NCBI GenBank assembly: GCA_947302535.1
Contig: CAMYVX010000002.1
Span: forward strand, 7,341 to 71,340
Direction: 5' to 3'
Length of the DNA stretch: 64,000 nt
Source of the DNA: an uncultured Bacillales bacterium
GTDB lineage: Bacteria; Bacillota_I; Bacilli_A; RFN20; CAG-826
Numbering within the stretch: position 1 is the stretch's first letter; each line of letters begins with the position of its first letter. Under the pieces are notes generated by a model. That model was not told where the DNA came from. It was given only the letters and a program-made list of their open reading frames with translations, and made no database searches. The translations under genes were made by a program, and so were the position numbers. Positions 37,283-51,704 of the stretch are shown here, one piece after another.

Positions 37283-38311
37283 ATGTATTTAGAAGAAGAA
37301 CAAAAAGAACAAATTATTAACGAAAACGAAACCAAGGAAGAAGAGAGTCTTCCCCAAGATAACGAAGAAAAGAAAAATAAACTCATCGACTTAAAACAAC
37401 CAAATGAAAAACCATATGTAGAAATGGTTGAAGAGATGCGTTTAACTATTTTCAATGATGTAAAAAAAGCCCAAAAAAGAAGCCGTATATCTAGCGCGAT
37501 TATGATGCTATGCTTATTTGCCGCGGTAATTTTCTTATTTGCTAGAAATGAGAGCAATAGCACAGTGTTTCTCGCTATTGGTATTTCATTGCTTGTTCTA
37601 GCTATCTTAGTTTTGATTGTTACCGCAGTTATCAACAAAAGAACTAAACGAATCGATACAAAAGGTGATTATATCACCCCTGCATGCGCGGCGATTAATC
37701 GTCATGTTTTTGATGATGGTAGATTTAAAGAGATGACTTTTGATCCAGATGAAAAAGTTGATTTAGGTGATATTTATGGTGACGCAGTTTATTCTGGCGT
37801 AACTGATTCTGTTTCACGCAGTGTTGTCCATGGAAAGTATAATGGTCGAGATTTCATGGTTGGTGATCTTGGATTATATGTTGGACCTAAAGGTCGTGGA
37901 AGAAGAACAACATTTATTGGTAAATATATTAGAACCACTAATAGTCTTCATTTTTCTGGACAATATATCATTATTTCTAAAGCTGAAAATGAAATGGATA
38001 TTCCTACTCTTCCCGAAGGAATGGAACTTTTGTCGGAAGATAATAGATTCTTAATTTATGGTAATGCTGGAGCGCCATATCAAAAAGATATTAATAGCGA
38101 ATTCATTTCCAAGATTAAAAAGATCGATGTTAGCGGAGTTCTTTTGAATATTTGTATTGGACTTAAAGCACAAGAAACTTGTGTTTATTTAAGTTTTGAT
38201 GATCCTGTTACTACTTTACCATTCTATGAATCTTTACAAGATTCTGCGATCGATGAATATAAGAGAATTCTCATGGAAGTCATGGAGGCCTTAGATATCA
38301 TATCTAAGTAA
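37283..38311 (+). CDS. Membrane-anchored hypothetical protein (two TM helices plus a soluble domain)
   Basis: Long ORF with RBS GAGG; acidic N-terminus and two hydrophobic helices. Confidence 0.65.
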   Translation: MYLEEEQKEQIINENETKEEESLPQDNEEKKNKLIDLKQPNEKPYVEMVEEMRLTIFNDVKKAQKRSRISSAIMMLCLFAAVIFLFARNESNSTVFLAIGISLLVLAILVLIVTAVINKRTKRIDTKGDYITPACAAINRHVFDDGRFKEMTFDPDEKVDLGDIYGDAVYSGVTDSVSRSVVHGKYNGRDFMVGDLGLYVGPKGRGRRTTFIGKYIRTTNSLHFSGQYIIISKAENEMDIPTLPEGMELLSEDNRFLIYGNAGAPYQKDINSEFISKIKKIDVSGVLLNICIGLKAQETCVYLSFDDPVTTLPFYESLQDSAIDEYKRILMEVMEALDIISK

Positions 38312-38314
38312 TAT

Positions 38315-38857
38315 ATGGGCGTTGTTGGTCGTTGGCTTGGTATAGAATGTTTTAAACACGATGGCAATTTGCACCGCATTTGGGATCGTGGTTTTGTTGT
38401 GGAAAACAATCACGACTATGTCGTTGTCGCTACGAAAAGAGCCAAAGTGACAGAATCTAATGGACGTAAATGGTTTACTAAAGAACCCGCAATTACCATT
38501 TTCTCGAAGCAGGAGTGGTGGAATGTTATTTGTATGATTAAAGAAAATGGCATCTGCTATTACTGCAATATTGCTTCGCCTTCTGTTTTAGACCGCGATT
38601 GTGTGAAATATATCGACTACGATTTAGATGCTAAATTATTCCCTAATGGAGTAGTGAAAGTATTAGATGAAAAAGAATATCAACATCACCGCGATACTTA
38701 TAAGTATGGTGATGATTTGGATATGATTCTAAGATACACGACTAGAAATATCGTCAAGAGAATGAACAAAAAGGAGTTTCCTTTTGACGATGAAATGGTT
38801 CGTGACTACTATCAAGATTTTCTTGATATCACTAATAAAGATAAAAATGAAGATTAA
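38315..38857 (+). CDS. DUF402 family protein (nucleoside tri/diphosphate phosphatase-like)
   Basis: FKHDGNLHRIW, YYCNIASP, YIDYDLD, LDEKEY. Confidence 0.88.
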   Translation: MGVVGRWLGIECFKHDGNLHRIWDRGFVVENNHDYVVVATKRAKVTESNGRKWFTKEPAITIFSKQEWWNVICMIKENGICYYCNIASPSVLDRDCVKYIDYDLDAKLFPNGVVKVLDEKEYQHHRDTYKYGDDLDMILRYTTRNIVKRMNKKEFPFDDEMVRDYYQDFLDITNKDKNED

Positions 38858-39296
38858 AATAACTACCCATTCATATGAGGAAACAATGGGCCTCGGCATG
38901 TCTTTAGCACGCTTACTTCCAAATGGAAGTACAGTTTTACTTACCGGAGATTTAGGCGCTGGAAAAACAACTTTAGTAAGAGGAGTGGCGCGTGGATTAC
39001 ACATCAATGAGCTTGTGCAATCGCCAACCTTTAATATCATGAAACTTTATCTAAAAGGAGATAGAGCTTTAATTCATATTGATGCCTATCGCTTAAAAGA
39101 TATCGAACAAGATATTGGTTTAGATGAATATATTGGTTATGAACAAGGTTTAACTTTTATTGAATGGCCAGAATATATTGAAAACCTTCTTCCTAAAGAA
39201 GTTATGAATATAGAAATTCATCATGTAGATGATGATGTTCGTGATATCGAGATTACTTATCACGACGAGAAAGTGTTGGAGGAATTAAGAAAATGA
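38847..39296 (+). CDS. tsaE: t6A biosynthesis ATPase TsaE
   Basis: LTGDLGAGKTT, QSPTF, HIDAYR, IEWP. Confidence 0.95.
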   Translation: MKIKITTHSYEETMGLGMSLARLLPNGSTVLLTGDLGAGKTTLVRGVARGLHINELVQSPTFNIMKLYLKGDRALIHIDAYRLKDIEQDIGLDEYIGYEQGLTFIEWPEYIENLLPKEVMNIEIHHVDDDVRDIEITYHDEKVLEELRK

Positions 39297-39880
39297 AGTG
39301 TACGATTTTATTAGATTCTTCTAATACTTCTTTAACTGTTGCTTTAGCATACAAAGAAACTTTATTAGAAAGCATTTCTTATGAAGCTTGGCAATGTCAA
39401 AGCGAGCATATGATTCCAGAAGTTAACAAATTGATGGTTAAATATGGTGTTACTTATAAAGATGTTGATAAAGTCATGGTTGCTATTGGGCCTGGCTCAT
39501 ACACGGGTGTAAGAATTGCCTTAACAATCGCTAAAACAATTTATGTTGCTTGTAAATGTAAAATCTATCCAGTTAGTTCGTTAAGAATACTAAAATGCGG
39601 CCAAAAACCGTCTATTTGTTTAATTAATGCGAGAAGTGAGAGATCATATTTTGGTGTCTATGAAGATGATAAAGTCATCGTCGAAGATAGAGTTGCTTCT
39701 AATGATGAAGTAATGAAATATATTAACGAACATCCTCATTATGTTGTCTGCGGTAATACATCATACTTAGGAATTGAAGGTTATCAATCTGATTACGCTT
39801 TAGAAATGTTTTCTCTACTTAAATTTTTAAAGCCATGCGAAGAAGCTTATTCGCTTAAACCAAAATATTTAAAGGATTAG
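39293..39880 (+). CDS. tsaB: t6A biosynthesis protein TsaB
   Basis: LDSS, GPGSYTGVRI, INAR. Confidence 0.93.
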   Translation: MKCTILLDSSNTSLTVALAYKETLLESISYEAWQCQSEHMIPEVNKLMVKYGVTYKDVDKVMVAIGPGSYTGVRIALTIAKTIYVACKCKIYPVSSLRILKCGQKPSICLINARSERSYFGVYEDDKVIVEDRVASNDEVMKYINEHPHYVVCGNTSYLGIEGYQSDYALEMFSLLKFLKPCEEAYSLKPKYLKD

Positions 39881-39882
39881 TT

Positions 39883-40314
39883 ATGGTTAGAGACGCTTGT
39901 AAAGATGACTTTAAAATATTATGTGATATTGAGAATAAGTGTTTTATTCATCCTTTTAATGAAGAACAAATGCGCTATGAAATGTTCTCTAATCCTGTTT
40001 CTCAATATTTAGTTTTTGAACTTAATGGAGTGGTTATTGGTTTTATTGACTATTGGGTGACTTTTGATTCTAGTACAATTACTCAAATTGCTGTCCTTCC
40101 TTTATACCGTAGACATGGTTTTGCTCAAGAACTGTTGAGTGAAGCTATGAAAGATTGTAAAGCAAAGAAAGCAATGACGATGACTTTAGAAGTCCGAAAA
40201 TCGAATGTCGCAGCAATATCTTTATACCATAAAAATGGTTTTAAATTAATTACTACTAAGCCTCATTATTACACTGATGGGGAAGATGCACTTTATATGG
40301 TTAAGGAGTTATAA
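39883..40314 (+). CDS. rimI: Ribosomal protein N-acetyltransferase RimI
   Basis: IAVLPLYRRHG, LEVRKSN..AI.LY, YYTDGEDA. Confidence 0.9.
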   Translation: MVRDACKDDFKILCDIENKCFIHPFNEEQMRYEMFSNPVSQYLVFELNGVVIGFIDYWVTFDSSTITQIAVLPLYRRHGFAQELLSEAMKDCKAKKAMTMTLEVRKSNVAAISLYHKNGFKLITTKPHYYTDGEDALYMVKEL

Positions 40315-40315
40315 G

Positions 40316-41335
40316 ATGGCTTTAATATTAGCAATTGAATCAAGTTGTGATGAAACAGCGGTCGCGATTAGTAAAGATGGCACTCTTTTAGCTAATATTG
40401 TTTCCACGCAAATTGATGTTCATCGTCAATATGGTGGAGTGATGCCAGAAATTGCTTCTCGTTTACATGCTGAGAACATTGGTTTTGTTTTACAAGAAGC
40501 TTTGGATACTGCGAAAATATCTTTAAAAGATGTTGATGCTTTTGCAGTGACTCGTGGGCCCGGCTTAATCGGAGCGCTTCATGTGGGTTTACAATGCGCA
40601 AAAACTCTTTCAATGCTATATAACAAACCTTTAATTCCTGTTCACCATTTAGCGGGTCATATTTACGCGAATGAATATATTGAAAAACTTGAATTTCCTC
40701 TACTCGCTATTGTTGTTTCTGGAGGAAATACTGAATTAGTCTATATGAAAGAAGATATGGATTTTGAAGTTATTGGAGAAACTAGGGATGATGCGATTGG
40801 AGAATGTTACGATAAGGTGGCACGTGTTCTTGGCTTACCTTATCCAGGAGGCATCCCTATTGATAAGCTAGCTAAAGAAGGGAAACACACTTACCAATTA
40901 ACAGTCCCTCTTAGAGGAGAAGATACTTTAGATTTTTCTTATTCTGGATTAAAAACTAATGTCATTAATTTAGTTCATACTTTAGAGCAAAAGAATATCG
41001 AAGTGAACGTTAACGATATGTGTAAGTCATTCCAGGATGTGGCAGTTGGTTTAATCTTAGAAAGAGCTAAAAAAGCAGTTTCTATATATCCGGTAAAAGA
41101 AGTTGTTTTAGCGGGTGGGGTATCAGCAAATTCATATCTTAGAAGCGAGATTGTAAAAGTGCTTGAACCATATAATGTTAAAGTGCAAATACCTCCAATG
41201 TGGTGTTGCACGGATAATGCAGCGATGATTGCGAAAGTTGCGGAAAAACTATACGAAAAGAAAGTCTTTGCCCCATTATCTTTAGGAGTTGATCCTAACT
41301 GGAGAATAGAAGATTACAAAAATTTTGAAAATTAA
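40316..41335 (+). CDS. tsaD: t6A transferase TsaD
   Basis: IESSCDETA, GPGLIGAL, HHLAGH, VSGGNT, DDAIGE, GGVSAN, CTDNAAMI. Confidence 0.96.
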   Translation: MALILAIESSCDETAVAISKDGTLLANIVSTQIDVHRQYGGVMPEIASRLHAENIGFVLQEALDTAKISLKDVDAFAVTRGPGLIGALHVGLQCAKTLSMLYNKPLIPVHHLAGHIYANEYIEKLEFPLLAIVVSGGNTELVYMKEDMDFEVIGETRDDAIGECYDKVARVLGLPYPGGIPIDKLAKEGKHTYQLTVPLRGEDTLDFSYSGLKTNVINLVHTLEQKNIEVNVNDMCKSFQDVAVGLILERAKKAVSIYPVKEVVLAGGVSANSYLRSEIVKVLEPYNVKVQIPPMWCCTDNAAMIAKVAEKLYEKKVFAPLSLGVDPNWRIEDYKNFEN

Positions 41336-41387
41336 ATGATTTTATCATTTTAATACATATATAATTATTTTGATTGAGGTAAGGGAA

Positions 41388-42767
41388 ATGGATTATTTAT
41401 CAACTACATGCGCCGAATTATATAAAGCGTTAGAAAAGAAAGAAGAACTTCCAAAAAAAGTATTTTTACAAGGATGGGTCAAAACAAATAGAGACTCTGG
41501 CTCTATAGGCTTTGTCGAATTTAATGATGGAAGTCACTTTAAAAATGTTCAACTTGTTTACAACAAGGAATGCGTTAATTATGATTTACTTTCTTCTTTA
41601 AGAACTGGCGCGGCTATTTCTATTAAAGGTGATTTAAAACTCACACCTGAAAATCGTCAACCTTTTGAAATTGATGTTAAGGAATGTGTTTTAGATGGTG
41701 ATGTTGATGACGATTACCCCTTACAAAAGAAAAGACATAGTTTTGAATTCCTTAGAGAAATTGCTCATATTAGACCGAGGGCAAATACTTTCCAAGCGGT
41801 CTTTAGAGTTAGAAACGTCTTAACAATGGCGGTTCATAATTTCTTTCAAGAACATGGCTTCATCTATGTTCATACCCCTCTTATTACCACGAATGATGGC
41901 GAAGGCGCTGGTAACGTTTTTGACGTTGTCACTCATGATACTAAAGATCCAAATTCTTTCTATGGAAGAAAAGTTAACTTAACAGTGACTGGTCAACTTC
42001 ATGTTGAGCCTTTCGCCTTATCTTTTAGAAATGTTTATACCTTTGGTCCAGCTTTCCGCGCTGAACATAGCAACACTGTTAGACACGCAAGTGAGTTCTG
42101 GATGATCGAACCAGAAATGGCATTTACTGATTTAAACGGGAACATGGACATTATTGAAGAATGTGTGAAATATTGTATCAAGGAAGTTATAGCAAAATGC
42201 CCTTGTGAAATGGAATTCTTCAACTCCATGATTGATAAGACTTTACTTGAAAGATTAAACCATGTTGTTAATAGCAAGTTTGAAAGAATGAAATATGAAA
42301 AAGGCATCGAAATTCTTCAAAAAGCTGTGCAAAATGGCCATGTTTTTGAAAATAATAACATCGAATTCGGCATGGACTTACAATCTGAACATGAACGTTA
42401 TTTAACAGAAGAAGTTGTTAAAGGACCTCTATTCTTAACTGATTATCCAAAGGAAATTAAAGCTTTCTATATGCGCTTAAATGATGATGGCAAAACTGTT
42501 GCGGCTTGTGATTTACTTGTTCCCGCTGTTGGTGAGCTTGTCGGTGGTAGCCAAAGAGAAGAACGCTATGATTTATTAAAAGCCAAGATGGAAGAATTAG
42601 GAAATGCTAAAGAACTTGATTGGTATTTAGACACTCGCCGTTTTGGCGGTTGCAAACACTCTGGTTTCGGTATTGGTTTTGACCGTTTATTAATGTATGT
42701 GACAGGAATGAATAACATTCGTGATGTTCAACCTTACCCTCGCACATCAAATAGTATAAAATATTAA
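41388..42767 (+). CDS. asnS: Asparagine--tRNA ligase
   Basis: HIRPRAN, LTVTGQL, FRAE...RHASEFWMIEPE, GFGIGFDR, PYPR. Confidence 0.96.
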   Translation: MDYLSTTCAELYKALEKKEELPKKVFLQGWVKTNRDSGSIGFVEFNDGSHFKNVQLVYNKECVNYDLLSSLRTGAAISIKGDLKLTPENRQPFEIDVKECVLDGDVDDDYPLQKKRHSFEFLREIAHIRPRANTFQAVFRVRNVLTMAVHNFFQEHGFIYVHTPLITTNDGEGAGNVFDVVTHDTKDPNSFYGRKVNLTVTGQLHVEPFALSFRNVYTFGPAFRAEHSNTVRHASEFWMIEPEMAFTDLNGNMDIIEECVKYCIKEVIAKCPCEMEFFNSMIDKTLLERLNHVVNSKFERMKYEKGIEILQKAVQNGHVFENNNIEFGMDLQSEHERYLTEEVVKGPLFLTDYPKEIKAFYMRLNDDGKTVAACDLLVPAVGELVGGSQREERYDLLKAKMEELGNAKELDWYLDTRRFGGCKHSGFGIGFDRLLMYVTGMNNIRDVQPYPRTSNSIKY

Positions 42768-42773
42768 TTAGAT

Positions 42774-42917
42774 ATGAAGAAAAATGATTTATTGACTGAA
42801 GAAGAAATTGAAAGAAAAAACACACTGAGGTTCCGTTTGTTTTATATCCTCGTTGTTTTTGACATTATTCTTGTGGTCTATGTCATCTATCAATTGTTTA
42901 CGATATTTGTTCACTAA
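42774..42917 (+). CDS. Small single-TM hypothetical protein (47 aa)
   Basis: MKKNDLLTEEEIERKNTLRFRLFYILVVFDIILVVYVIYQLFTIFVH*, directly after asnS. Confidence 0.5.
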   Translation: MKKNDLLTEEEIERKNTLRFRLFYILVVFDIILVVYVIYQLFTIFVH

Positions 42918-42945
42918 TAAAAATGCAGTTCATAAGAACTGCTTT

Positions 42946-43617
42946 TTAATTGCTCTTTTGATTTTGATTGACGTTTTGATTTTGTCCTATTACGTTTAAT
43001 TGAGTGAAGCCATCTAAGTCCTTAGAGAAGACAGTCTCTTTTAATTTATTGATTCTTATCTTTCTTGCCATAAATGCGATAACTTGATGGAGATAGAATA
43101 ATCCACTAAAGAAGATACCAATAACAAAGGTATAGACACCAAAACTTGACCAATGGAAAACTGGAGTATGAATCAATGGTGGCCACTTCGTAAATAGATA
43201 TAGTGGAGTTTCAAAGAACTGTGTCCAACAAGATGGATGTTGGAAATCCCATAAGAATAGTATTGAAGCAAATCCTTTTTCTGTATCGGCGAATGGATTA
43301 TAGTTCCAGCCGATAAAGATGTTGTTAATAACTAAGCATAAAAATGAAGCTAGCATAACAATAAAAGAGATACGTGCTTTCTTAAAGAATATGAAACGGT
43401 TTTTCTTTTTTGCATATCTCACAAAGTGTTTTGGATTAGTGATAACCTTGGTGGTGACTGGGTCAGCAATATAATAATCGAGTTTCTTTCCTTGATGTTT
43501 CATCACGCGGCGCATAACAAAACCTAAATAGCCAATTAAAACAAAGACCAAAAAGATTGTTAATAAAAGAGCAAGAAGGACTCGTTTGTCGTTTTCTGAT
43601 AAGGCTAATAAGAACAT
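42946..43617 (-). CDS. Membrane hypothetical protein
   Basis: Three TM helices; last gene of a minus-strand operon. Confidence 0.65.
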   Translation of the reverse strand: MFLLALSENDKRVLLALLLTIFLVFVLIGYLGFVMRRVMKHQGKKLDYYIADPVTTKVITNPKHFVRYAKKKNRFIFFKKARISFIVMLASFLCLVINNIFIGWNYNPFADTEKGFASILFLWDFQHPSCWTQFFETPLYLFTKWPPLIHTPVFHWSSFGVYTFVIGIFFSGLFYLHQVIAFMARKIRINKLKETVFSKDLDGFTQLNVIGQNQNVNQNQKSN

Positions 43618-43623
43618 ATATTT

Positions 43624-44244
43624 TTATTCAAAACTAACTCCACTAGTGGAATCGTTTTCTTCCTCCTCTTCCTCATCATCTTCAATTATTATCTCTTCAT
43701 CGTTACCACGCGGCTTATACATTATTATTTCTTCCTCGATGGTATTGACTTCTTCTTTCTTTTCTTCGATTGGCTCTTTTTCTTCCTCTTTTAAGAAGCT
43801 ATCAAAGATAGAAATTTCTTCAACCTCTTCACTCTTATTTTTTTCATCAATAAATGCAATAGAAGATAAATCTTCTAGTGGCTCTTCTTTAATGGCCTTT
43901 TCTTCAACAACAGGCGGCAATTCGTGCTCCACAATTTCTTCTGGTTCTTCAATGACACGGAATTGTTCTAAAGGTGTGGGCTCATCTTCTTTTATTTCTG
44001 GCTCTTTTTCTTCCTCTTGAACTTTATTAGGGTTATTAGCTTCGATTATCTTTCTAGCGGCAACATCTTCTTCAAGTTCTCCGTGGATATTTCTTCCAGT
44101 GAAGAAATTATAGATAAATCTAATGCCCTCAATGAACATGATTAATAAACCATAAATGGCAAAAATGGCAAGTAAAACTAGGAAGACAGGGAAGGTCAAC
44201 ACATAGAGGATACCTTGAGCAAATTTTTTAATAAGATTTAGCAT
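43624..44244 (-). CDS. Membrane-anchored protein with Glu-rich tail
   Basis: N-terminal TM region and highly acidic C-terminus. Confidence 0.65.
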   Translation of the reverse strand: MLNLIKKFAQGILYVLTFPVFLVLLAIFAIYGLLIMFIEGIRFIYNFFTGRNIHGELEEDVAARKIIEANNPNKVQEEEKEPEIKEDEPTPLEQFRVIEEPEEIVEHELPPVVEEKAIKEEPLEDLSSIAFIDEKNKSEEVEEISIFDSFLKEEEKEPIEEKKEEVNTIEEEIIMYKPRGNDEEIIIEDDEEEEEENDSTSGVSFE

Positions 44245-44246
44245 AA

Positions 44247-45170
44247 TTATTTACCGTTATTAATTCTAACTTTGTTTCTTTTGTTTAACAAACAATTATT
44301 CATGATTGTTATAAGGGAAATAAAGAAAGGAAAGATGCTTAAACTGACTAACCCTAATGGTTTATTTTTATTCAATGATGAATATAGACCCACGAGTAAT
44401 AAAAATGAAGCCACTAATGTTATTAATAACATGATGTTAATAGCTAATGATTTTCTTTTGATTAATTCAATGAATGGATAGACCGATAAGAAAAGCATGT
44501 AGATGACAAATATGTAAACTATCTCGCTATAAATAAAAGAGAAAAGAATAACTAATAAGGATAATATAAAGATGTCAATAGATACAAAAGTGGTCTCGTC
44601 CTGATCGTTTGGGAAAATATCAAACTTTTTAATCTCATCAATAATAACAATGATAGTCAAAGTCATTTGCGTTAATGACATAAATGTAATGAACATATGT
44701 TTTACATATTCAAGATACTTATAGTCCTTTAAAGAAAAGACAGTAGCAAGATCATAAACAATATCTCTTTCATAGATAAGCTTAACAATAGGAATAGACA
44801 AATAAGTGAAACATTGTTGCACAATCGCGGAGACGATAATGGTAATTAATATCGGATATTTTTTCTCAAGGAATAATCCAAAAATTAATCCAGAAAATAT
44901 AGATGGCACCACATAAAAAATTGTGTCTGCAAAATTCCAAATTGTTGAAACAATACATAATAAAATAGTGGTGACTGCATAGATTGGAAAATATATTTTT
45001 TTGCAGTAATAAGTAACGATGAGGCTTGTTAAAGGTAAAACTAAAACAAGGATAAAAAATAGAAAAGGAATCCATGCTGAAAGCAAGACAATGATGACAT
45101 TAATCGCACTCATCAAAGCCATATAAGCAATGTTTTGGGTTAATGTTTCTCTTTTCTTAAAGACGCTCAT
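44247..45170 (-). CDS. Polytopic membrane protein (DUF2232-like)
   Basis: About 9 TM helices; similarity impression only. Confidence 0.6.
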   Translation of the reverse strand: MSVFKKRETLTQNIAYMALMSAINVIIVLLSAWIPFLFFILVLVLPLTSLIVTYYCKKIYFPIYAVTTILLCIVSTIWNFADTIFYVVPSIFSGLIFGLFLEKKYPILITIIVSAIVQQCFTYLSIPIVKLIYERDIVYDLATVFSLKDYKYLEYVKHMFITFMSLTQMTLTIIVIIDEIKKFDIFPNDQDETTFVSIDIFILSLLVILFSFIYSEIVYIFVIYMLFLSVYPFIELIKRKSLAINIMLLITLVASFLLLVGLYSSLNKNKPLGLVSLSIFPFFISLITIMNNCLLNKRNKVRINNGK

Positions 45171-45239
45171 AACAATATATTAAAAGAAATTTAAAAAATT
45201 TTTACAAAAATATGAAAAAATCCCGTCTTTATATATAGT

Positions 45240-45674
45240 ATGAAGCATTTTTTCCTAACTGTACTTTTTTCTTCATTGTTGTTAGCTTGTCAAAGTGAAA
45301 GAAATGAACCAATCTACGAACTCTCATATGATGATTATTTGGACTCTTCAATTGTCTATGAGGATATGTTTTCTCAAAAGGAGGATGAGTATTTTGTGTA
45401 TATATATTCAAAGAGTTGTTCCCACTGCGAAGCGATTAAAAATGATGTGCTTTCTTTTTTAAAAGAAGACATCGTTCCCGTTTATCTATTAAGGTACACG
45501 AAAGACATAAGAGTTAATCAAGATATTGAACTAACAATTGGTGTTAGTGATATTAATGATTTTTATATCGCGGGCACCCCAACTTTAGTTCATATTTACG
45601 AGCATTGTGTCTTAAATAATGTTGTCGGAGAAGTTGATGTGATAAATTACATCAACCTTTATAATAAGAATTAA
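45240..45674 (+). CDS. Thioredoxin-fold lipoprotein
   Basis: Lipobox LLAC, CSHC motif, cis-Pro GTPT. Confidence 0.75.
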   Translation: MKHFFLTVLFSSLLLACQSERNEPIYELSYDDYLDSSIVYEDMFSQKEDEYFVYIYSKSCSHCEAIKNDVLSFLKEDIVPVYLLRYTKDIRVNQDIELTIGVSDINDFYIAGTPTLVHIYEHCVLNNVVGEVDVINYINLYNKN

Positions 45675-45718
45675 TTGCAAGACGAAGATAAATCTTGTAG
45701 TATATTGCTAAGCAATAT

Positions 45719-49898
<4,180 letters not shown>

Positions 49899-49948
49899 TT
49901 TAAAAACCATTTAATAATCATTATCATAAATAAGAAAGAAGAATTGAT

Positions 49949-50245
49949 ATGAAAGAAGTTAATAAAGAAGTATTAAAAGAATCCGCTCATAAACTCCTTT
50001 TCGATATGAAAGAGGAAGAATATGATACCCTTCTTCATGAATTTGATATTGTTTTAAAACAAATGAAAGCCATTTCTGAAATCGCTGGTGTAGATGAAGC
50101 TACTCCAATGACTTTTCCTTTTGATGTATCAACATCGTATTTAAGAGAAGATGTTCCAGTAGAACCTTTAAGTGTAGATGAGGCATTAAAAAACGCTCAT
50201 GATGTTATTGATGGACAAATCCGTCTTCCAAAGGTGGTGGGATAA
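49949..50245 (+). CDS. gatC: Asp/Glu-tRNA amidotransferase subunit C
   Basis: YLREDVP...ALKNA...PKVV; precedes gatA. Confidence 0.85.
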   Translation: MKEVNKEVLKESAHKLLFDMKEEEYDTLLHEFDIVLKQMKAISEIAGVDEATPMTFPFDVSTSYLREDVPVEPLSVDEALKNAHDVIDGQIRLPKVVG

Positions 50246-51702
50246 TGAATTATTTAGATTTAAGTATTAAAGAGATTCACGAAGCCATCGTTAATCATAA
50301 AGTTACTCCTCTCGAACTCGTTCAAGAAGCTATTAAAAGAGCCAAGAATGACAAGAATAATGCTTTTGAATATATTTGTGAAAAAGAAGCATTGGAAGAA
50401 GTTAAGAATCTTGATGAAAAGAAAATAGATAATTTACTTTACGGCATCCCTTATGTTTTAAAGGATAATTTTTCTACAAAAGGTATTCCAACATCTGCTT
50501 CAAGCAATATCCTTAATGACTATGTACCCATTTATTCTAGCGAAGTCTTTCTTCGCTTAAAGAATGAGGGGGCAATTATGATTGGTAAATCCACTCTTGA
50601 TGAATTAGCTATGGGTGGAACCGGAACAACCGGAAGAAAAGGAAGAACATTTAATCCTTGGGATGAAAGTCATCTTCATATGATTGGTGGCTCATCTTGT
50701 GGTTCAGCTGCTGCTGTTGCTAGTGGTATTGTTCCATTTTCAATTGGTTCAGACACAGGCGATAGTGTGCGTAAACCAGCCTCGTATGCTGGGCTAGTTG
50801 GTTTTAAGCCAACATGGGGAAGAATTTCTCGTTTTGGTTTATTCCCATTCGCTCCCTCTTTAGATCATGTTGCTTTCTTTAGTAGAAATGTTTTTGATTC
50901 TGCAATTATTCTAAAAGCGCTTTCTGGAAGAGATGAAAAAGACGCTACTTCTTCTATCGTCAAGGTTGATGAGTACGTTAACGATTTAAGAAAAGAACTT
51001 AAGGGAAAACGTATCGCTGTTATTAAAGAGATTTATGATTCTTTTAAAAACCCTGTTGTGAAAGAGGCTTTTGATAAAGCTTTAACGAAGATGAAAGAAG
51101 GAGGGGCAATTGTTGAATATCCTTCTTTAGACATCAATCTCTGCAAAGCTATTTATCCAACTTATATGGTTATCTCTTGTGCGGAGGCCACTAGTAATAA
51201 TGCGAATTTGGATGGCATTAAATTTGGTCCTCGATTTGAGGGTGATAATTACGAAGATGTCATGAAAGAAGCGAGAACTAGAGGTTTTTCTGAATTAATT
51301 AAACGTAGATTTGTTATTGGTTCTTATTCTTTGTTAAGAGAAAATCAATATGATACATTCTTAAGAGCGCAGAAATGCCGCCACATGATCGTGGATGCAG
51401 TAAACGCTATTTTAGATAAATATGATGCTATCTTTTTACCAGCCTCTACAGGTGTAGCACCTTTATTTGAACAATCTAGTGATAAACTATCAGCGGAATA
51501 TTTATTAGGTGATAATTATTTAGCAATTGGTAATTTTGCTGGACTCCCTTCATTAACACTACCGCTTGGTTTTGAAAATAATCTTCCTTTTGGTGCGAAC
51601 CTCACCTGCAAAAAATGGAAAGAACAAGAAACCCTTAATCTCGCTTTAGCTATTGAAGATATAACTGGGTATAAAAACTTAATCAAGAAAGGAGCGAACT
51701 AA
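50245..51702 (+). CDS. gatA: Asp/Glu-tRNA amidotransferase subunit A
   Basis: KDN, GGSSCGSAAAV, GSDTGDSVRKP amidase signature. Confidence 0.95.
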   Translation: MNYLDLSIKEIHEAIVNHKVTPLELVQEAIKRAKNDKNNAFEYICEKEALEEVKNLDEKKIDNLLYGIPYVLKDNFSTKGIPTSASSNILNDYVPIYSSEVFLRLKNEGAIMIGKSTLDELAMGGTGTTGRKGRTFNPWDESHLHMIGGSSCGSAAAVASGIVPFSIGSDTGDSVRKPASYAGLVGFKPTWGRISRFGLFPFAPSLDHVAFFSRNVFDSAIILKALSGRDEKDATSSIVKVDEYVNDLRKELKGKRIAVIKEIYDSFKNPVVKEAFDKALTKMKEGGAIVEYPSLDINLCKAIYPTYMVISCAEATSNNANLDGIKFGPRFEGDNYEDVMKEARTRGFSELIKRRFVIGSYSLLRENQYDTFLRAQKCRHMIVDAVNAILDKYDAIFLPASTGVAPLFEQSSDKLSAEYLLGDNYLAIGNFAGLPSLTLPLGFENNLPFGANLTCKKWKEQETLNLALAIEDITGYKNLIKKGAN

Positions 51703-51704
51703 AT

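Noticed and set aside
39293-39296. Possible Mollicutes-type TGA=Trp recoding
   Set aside because: tsaE ends at a TGA overlapping the tsaB ATG, and conserved genes are full length under code 11.
43586-44020. Ser-rich 144-aa + strand ORF
   Set aside because: Antisense of the Glu-rich tail of the 206-aa minus-strand gene.
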